From a virus (taxonomy: Duplodnaviria > Caudoviricetes): DNA of 38,298 bases. Of this stretch, positions 34,496 to 38,298 are shown piece by piece. Numbering within the stretch: the stretch's first letter is position 1; every line of letters begins with the position of its first letter. A model generated the notes under the pieces. That model was not told the DNA's origin. It made no database searches and saw only the letters and a program-made list of their open reading frames with translations. The DNA lies in the IMG/VR virus record IMGVR_UViG_3300048630_000558, positions 1-38,298 of that record; one strand, given 5' to 3'. A program made the position numbers and the translations under genes.

Positions 34496-34777
34496 ATGGG
34501 AATGATTCGCGCCAGTGACGAGGAAATCGAGACCGCTCTGCACATCGCGGTGACCACCGCGCCCAACTATGTGCTGCGGGAGGTGTTTGCCGGGAAGTTC
34601 GATCGCGAGCGCGCGGTCGAGACGATCGTTCAGCGCGTATTCGCGGCGCTGCGCCGCTACGAATTGATGCGGGAGCCGCGCGCCGAAGAGATCGCCCGGC
34701 CGATTCTGCCGCTGTTTACAGATGATCGGCCGACCGCGGCCGAGGTGCCGTCGTTATTCGAGCACGAGGCGGGCTAG
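34496..34777 (+). CDS. Hypothetical protein (93 aa)
   Basis: MGMIRASDEEIETALHIAV...; starts 10 bp after the LexA box. Confidence 0.65.
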   Translation: MGMIRASDEEIETALHIAVTTAPNYVLREVFAGKFDRERAVETIVQRVFAALRRYELMREPRAEEIARPILPLFTDDRPTAAEVPSLFEHEAG

Positions 34778-34849
34778 GTAGACGAGGAACGATAGCAGGC
34801 CGATCAGGCTGAGCGCGAGCAGCAGCGCGAACTCAACCCGCGTCTTCAT
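34754..34849 (-). CDS. Small hydrophobic peptide (31 aa)
   Basis: Own translation MKTRVEFALLLALSLIGLLSFLVYLARLVLE*; resembles the 32259 peptide. Confidence 0.4.
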   Translation of the reverse strand: MKTRVEFALLLALSLIGLLSFLVYLARLVLE

Positions 34850-34887
34850 CCAGTGGCCACTGGACTGTTCGACAACCATCGAGGAGA

Positions 34888-35109
34888 TCAGCGGCAAACG
34901 ATGTGCTCATACCGCGGCCAACCGCTGAACCTGGCGCGCTTGACGTGCTTTCGGCCGAGCTTCCGACACTCGTATCGCGTCAGATTCTCGGCAAGGATCT
35001 TCTCGGCGCCATCGTTGATGCCCACCAGCGTCCAATCTGCGCGATACTCCGGCATGGAGGCACAGGCGCTCAAGCACAGGGCGATGGAAACTATGCTGAT
35101 CGATTTCAT
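34888..35109 (-). CDS. Small lipoprotein (73 aa)
   Basis: Signal peptide with lipobox LCLSAC; RBS GGAGGGGGAG. Confidence 0.75.
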   Translation of the reverse strand: MKSISIVSIALCLSACASMPEYRADWTLVGINDGAEKILAENLTRYECRKLGRKHVKRARFSGWPRYEHIVCR

Positions 35110-35242
35110 CGTTCGGTCTCCCCCTCCACGGAACGCTTAGCACATTCGCGCCGCGGACCAGATTGTCAGCCGTAATCAGGGCTCGCTTCTAGCGCCGCTT
35201 ACCACCAGCACGGGAGACCAGGCCGACAGTTGCCGCGAAAAT

Positions 35243-35340
35243 GGGGGTATCACTGGGGGTATCAAGCAGCCTCCGCCGACCGCTCGAGCGCAGATTTCTG
35301 CCACTCTAACACTCGACCGGGGCGGAGGGGTTATCCGCCG
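35243..35340 (+). other. Internal att-like site B: arm repeats plus inverted-repeat core
   Basis: GGGGGTATC at 35243 and 35255; TCTAA at 35305; GGCGGA-GGGGTTA-TCCGCC at 35321-35339; same offsets as site A. Confidence 0.65.
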
Positions 35341-35354
35341 TGGTGCGTCTAATC

Positions 35355-35900
35355 CTACAGCTTGATCACTCTTCCGTTGACCGCGATTCGTGGTCCCGTT
35401 CTGCCCCTTCTTTCCGGCAAAAGCCCCTCCGCAATCAGCTCACCCACTCTAAACGCCGCTGCCCTCGTAACCCACGAAAGCGCGGCCACTGCTTCGAGGG
35501 CTGCGTCCAGCTCAGCGGATTTCAGCTGCTGGTTCCGCTTTGCGTCCCAGCCCTGTGGCAACCCGCTCGAGTCCACCCCCCAGAGGGCGTGCAGGTTCTG
35601 ATGCCGGCGAACCAGGATGCCCGCCTGTTCGGTATCTATGCGGACTGCGAGCTTGTGCAGCTCTTCATCGAGTGGCTCTGAGATGTCGAGCAACGACTTG
35701 GCCAGCTGCTCGAAGGGAGTCTGTTCGAGGCGTAGCCATTCGGGCGTAGAGAGCCCTTTCACACCCTTGATCGCGATGGTCACTCCCCATTTGCACTGGG
35801 CTTCCAGCTGGGCGAGCAACCCCAACTTCGCAAGATCTCTGTCACTAAGTACGACATCATGACCCGACCTCGGACGCCAGCTCCTCTCCTCGTCGGTCAT
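35355..35900 (-). CDS. Hypothetical protein with HEPN-like Rx4H motif
   Basis: Helical 181-aa ORF containing RHQNLHALW; divergent from the integrase. Confidence 0.6.
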   Translation of the reverse strand: MTDEERSWRPRSGHDVVLSDRDLAKLGLLAQLEAQCKWGVTIAIKGVKGLSTPEWLRLEQTPFEQLAKSLLDISEPLDEELHKLAVRIDTEQAGILVRRHQNLHALWGVDSSGLPQGWDAKRNQQLKSAELDAALEAVAALSWVTRAAAFRVGELIAEGLLPERRGRTGPRIAVNGRVIKL

Positions 35901-35989
35901 GGATCATCGCCCCAGTATACCGCCAGCTCACCCTCACGACCGGCGCTGCCACCACACCTTAATCGAACCGACTATTAGCAGAGGTTTTG

Positions 35990-37204
35990 ATGCTCACCAA
36001 CGCCGCGGCGAAAGCCGCCGGCGCGCATTCGCGCGCATATAAGCTGTTCGACGGCGGCGGGCTGTTCCTGCACGTCGCGCCGACGGGCACGAAGACCTGG
36101 CGCCTGAAGTACCGCTGGCGCGGCCGCGAGAAGCTGCTCGTGCTCGGTCGATTCCCCGAGATGAACCTCGCCCAGGCGCGCATGGCGCGGGAGGAAGCGA
36201 AGGCGAAGTTGCGCGACGGCGTGGATCCCGCCGCGGCCGCGGCGCGTCTCGAGACGTTCGAGCAGGTCGCGCGCGCCTGGCACGCGGTCCACCGGGCCCG
36301 CTGGTCGGCCGTTCACGCCGGCGACGTCCTCGCCAGCCTCGAGCGCGACGCGTTCCCTGCGATCGGCGCGCGCCCAATCGACGAGATCGGCGCGGCCGAG
36401 CTCGTGCAGTTGCTCGAGACGATCGAAGCGAGCGGCAGGATCGAGACGGCCAAGCGGCTGCGGCAACGCCTGCGGCAGATCTTCGCCTTCGCGAAGACGC
36501 GCGAGCTGGTCGACAACAACCCCGCGGCCGAGCTCGGCGCCGCGCTGGCCGGCGTGGCGGTTTCGACGCCGCATCCGGCGCTCACCGATATCGACGAATG
36601 CCGCGCGCTGCTGGCCAGGTGCGAAGCCGTGCCGGCGCGGCCGATGACCCGGCTCGCGTCACAATTTCTCGCGCTGACCGCGGTCCGCCTCGATGCGGTG
36701 CGCGGCATGCGGTGGGAAGAAGTCGAGGACCTGGATGGATCTGCGCCTATCTGGCGCGTGCCAGCGGCCCGCATGAAACTGGCCAAGGCGAAGAAGTGTG
36801 AGCCGCGATTCGACCACCTCGTTCCGCTGTCGCCGGCCGCGATTGACGTGCTGCGCGAGGCGGCCGCGATCTGTGGCGTCAATACCCATTTCTGGGGATG
36901 CCCAGAGAAGCGCCCGGGCGGGCTGATCTTCAGCGGCCGGGATGGAAAGTCGCCGATCGGGGAGGGGGCCCTGCGCGAGCTCTACCTCCGCGCCGGCTAC
37001 GCCGGCCGGCACGTGCCGCATGGATGGCGATCGAGCTTCTCGACGATTCTCAACGAGCAGCTGGGCGAGGAATGGAGCGGCGCGATCGACCGCGCCCTGG
37101 CGCACACCGCGATGGGCAAGGTCGAAGCCGCCTACAACCGCGCGCAGATGCTCGAGCGCCGGCGCCAGCTCTTCGATCGCTGGGGCGATCTTCTGACGAA
37201 ATGA
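35990..37204 (+). CDS. P4-family tyrosine integrase with arm-binding domain
   Basis: YKLFDGGGLFLHVAPTGTKTWRLKYR arm domain; catalytic R (TAVR), K, HGWR, LAH, Y (AAYNR) all present. Confidence 0.95.
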   Translation: MLTNAAAKAAGAHSRAYKLFDGGGLFLHVAPTGTKTWRLKYRWRGREKLLVLGRFPEMNLAQARMAREEAKAKLRDGVDPAAAAARLETFEQVARAWHAVHRARWSAVHAGDVLASLERDAFPAIGARPIDEIGAAELVQLLETIEASGRIETAKRLRQRLRQIFAFAKTRELVDNNPAAELGAALAGVAVSTPHPALTDIDECRALLARCEAVPARPMTRLASQFLALTAVRLDAVRGMRWEEVEDLDGSAPIWRVPAARMKLAKAKKCEPRFDHLVPLSPAAIDVLREAAAICGVNTHFWGCPEKRPGGLIFSGRDGKSPIGEGALRELYLRAGYAGRHVPHGWRSSFSTILNEQLGEEWSGAIDRALAHTAMGKVEAAYNRAQMLERRRQLFDRWGDLLTK

Positions 37205-37359
37205 CGGAATTCCCCGACGGCTGCCGATCGGCAGCGGGAGCGGGGGCCCCGGGCGGCAACCCGGGAAACCGACGAGCCGTAACTCGCCGCGACACAGTTG
37301 GCCGACTGGCCGCCCCGCACCCGCGCATACGGGCGGGGTCAATGGAGCTTTTTCGAGAA

Positions 37360-38199
37360 ATGGAGTCAACGCAAGCAGTTAAGCCCGTCCGCCCGGCCGC
37401 CGGATATATCGGTGGAAAACGCAACCTCGCGCGCCGGATCTGCGCGCTCATCGATCGCACGCCCCACGACGGCTATGCCGAGCCGTTCGTGGGCATGGGC
37501 GGGATTTTCCTCCGCCGATCGAGCCGGCCGAAGGTCGAGGCCATCAACGACATCAGCGGCGATGTCGCCACCTTCTTCCGCGTGCTCCAGGAGCACTATC
37601 CCTATTTCATCGACATGCTTCGCTGGCGGATCGCGAGCCGAAACGAGTTCGAGCGGCTGAAGGGCATGGATCCGGATCGGCTGACCGATCTGCAGCGTGC
37701 AGCGCGGTTCCTGTATCTCCAGCGGCTTGCCTTTGGCGGCAAGGTGGCCGGGCGGAATTTCGGGGTCGACTCCCGCCAGGGCGCGCGGTTCAACATCGCC
37801 AAGCTCGAGCCGCTGCTCGCGGACATCCACGAGCGGCTGAGCGGCGTGATCATCGAGCAGCTGCCGTTCGACGCCTTCCTCGCGAAGTACGATCGGCCGG
37901 GCATGCTGTTCTATTGCGATCCGCCGTACTTCGGGTGCGAAGGCGACTACGGCGCCGGCGTGTTCTCTCGGGACGATTTCGAACGCCTGGCGGCAACGAT
38001 CGGCGCGGCGCGCGGCAAAGTCCTGGTGTCGATCAACGATACGCCGGAGGTTCGTGAGCTCTTCGCCGCCTTCGACATGATCGAGGTGCAGACGACGTAT
38101 CACCTCCAGACCAGGACGACCGGGAAGGGAAAGCCCGCGGGCGAGCTCATCATCGGCAATTTCGCCCTTGAGAACGTCCTGACGGCCAAGGCCGCCTAG
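37360..38199 (+). CDS. D12-class N6-adenine DNA methyltransferase (start 37342 or 37360)
   Basis: YIGGKR, YAEPFVGMGGIF, INDI, FYCDPPY. Confidence 0.95.
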   Translation: MESTQAVKPVRPAAGYIGGKRNLARRICALIDRTPHDGYAEPFVGMGGIFLRRSSRPKVEAINDISGDVATFFRVLQEHYPYFIDMLRWRIASRNEFERLKGMDPDRLTDLQRAARFLYLQRLAFGGKVAGRNFGVDSRQGARFNIAKLEPLLADIHERLSGVIIEQLPFDAFLAKYDRPGMLFYCDPPYFGCEGDYGAGVFSRDDFERLAATIGAARGKVLVSINDTPEVRELFAAFDMIEVQTTYHLQTRTTGKGKPAGELIIGNFALENVLTAKAA

Positions 38200-38298
38200 C
38201 GGTCGCCGTCTGGCACGGCATTTGCGCTCGGCCCCCTGCCGAGCCGCGGGGGGCGCCGCCCCCCGGCGCCACCGCCGCCGGCAGGGTGGTGGTGGGGC

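Larger units (their letters stand above)
178..38298. mobile_element. Siphovirus-type temperate prophage (HK97-like head), right boundary outside the window
   Basis: Immunity, packaging, head, tail and lysis modules in canonical order, with att remnant and excisionase at left and an integrase at right. Confidence 0.95.

Noticed and set aside
36898-37341. N-terminal extension of the methyltransferase ORF to 433 aa
   Set aside because: Overlaps the integrase and the structured leader; methylase motifs begin only after about 37360
38200-38298. GC-rich hairpins after the methyltransferase as right att or terminator
   Set aside because: No tRNA match, no U-tract, and truncated by the window edge

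Overview
Nearly the whole window (about 178 to the right edge) is a long-tailed temperate prophage with HK97-type head genes in a GC-rich alphaproteobacterium, probably Sphingomonadales (inferred from the GapR/DUF2312 homologue, GTTC-N7-GTTC LexA boxes and the RHS repeat style). It begins after the 3' end of host secA and a bidirectional terminator, at a duplicated tRNA(Asn-like) 3' end that marks the att site. The intact tRNA and the other att are not in the window. Gene order: a leftward early operon (cro-like, CII-like, GapR-like, ParB-like, J-domain, AlpA excisionase), three operators, a short CI-like repressor, a membrane moron, LexA-like wHTH and Q/DUF6456-like late regulators, Mu Gam-like, HNH, terminase, portal, protease, capsid, neck and tail genes (with a -1 frameshifted tail chaperone), a repeat-containing tail tip, and endolysin/holin/spanins. 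An accessory region follows (captured RHS toxin/immunity fragment, LexA-boxed SRAP module, lipoprotein, HEPN-like ORF), then a P4-type integrase and a D12 adenine methyltransferase. The most unusual observations are: (1) two internal, identically spaced 'arm repeat + GGCGGA-N7-TCCGCC core' sites that bracket the late module and resemble the true att end; (2) no recognisable replication genes; (3) an identical GHNGGPPLD peptide in TerL and portal; (4) an RHS fragment inserted into a CTAG that could have been a shared stop codon; (5) a non-cleavable repressor paired with a LexA-boxed regulator. All protein calls are from motif recognition, not database searches.
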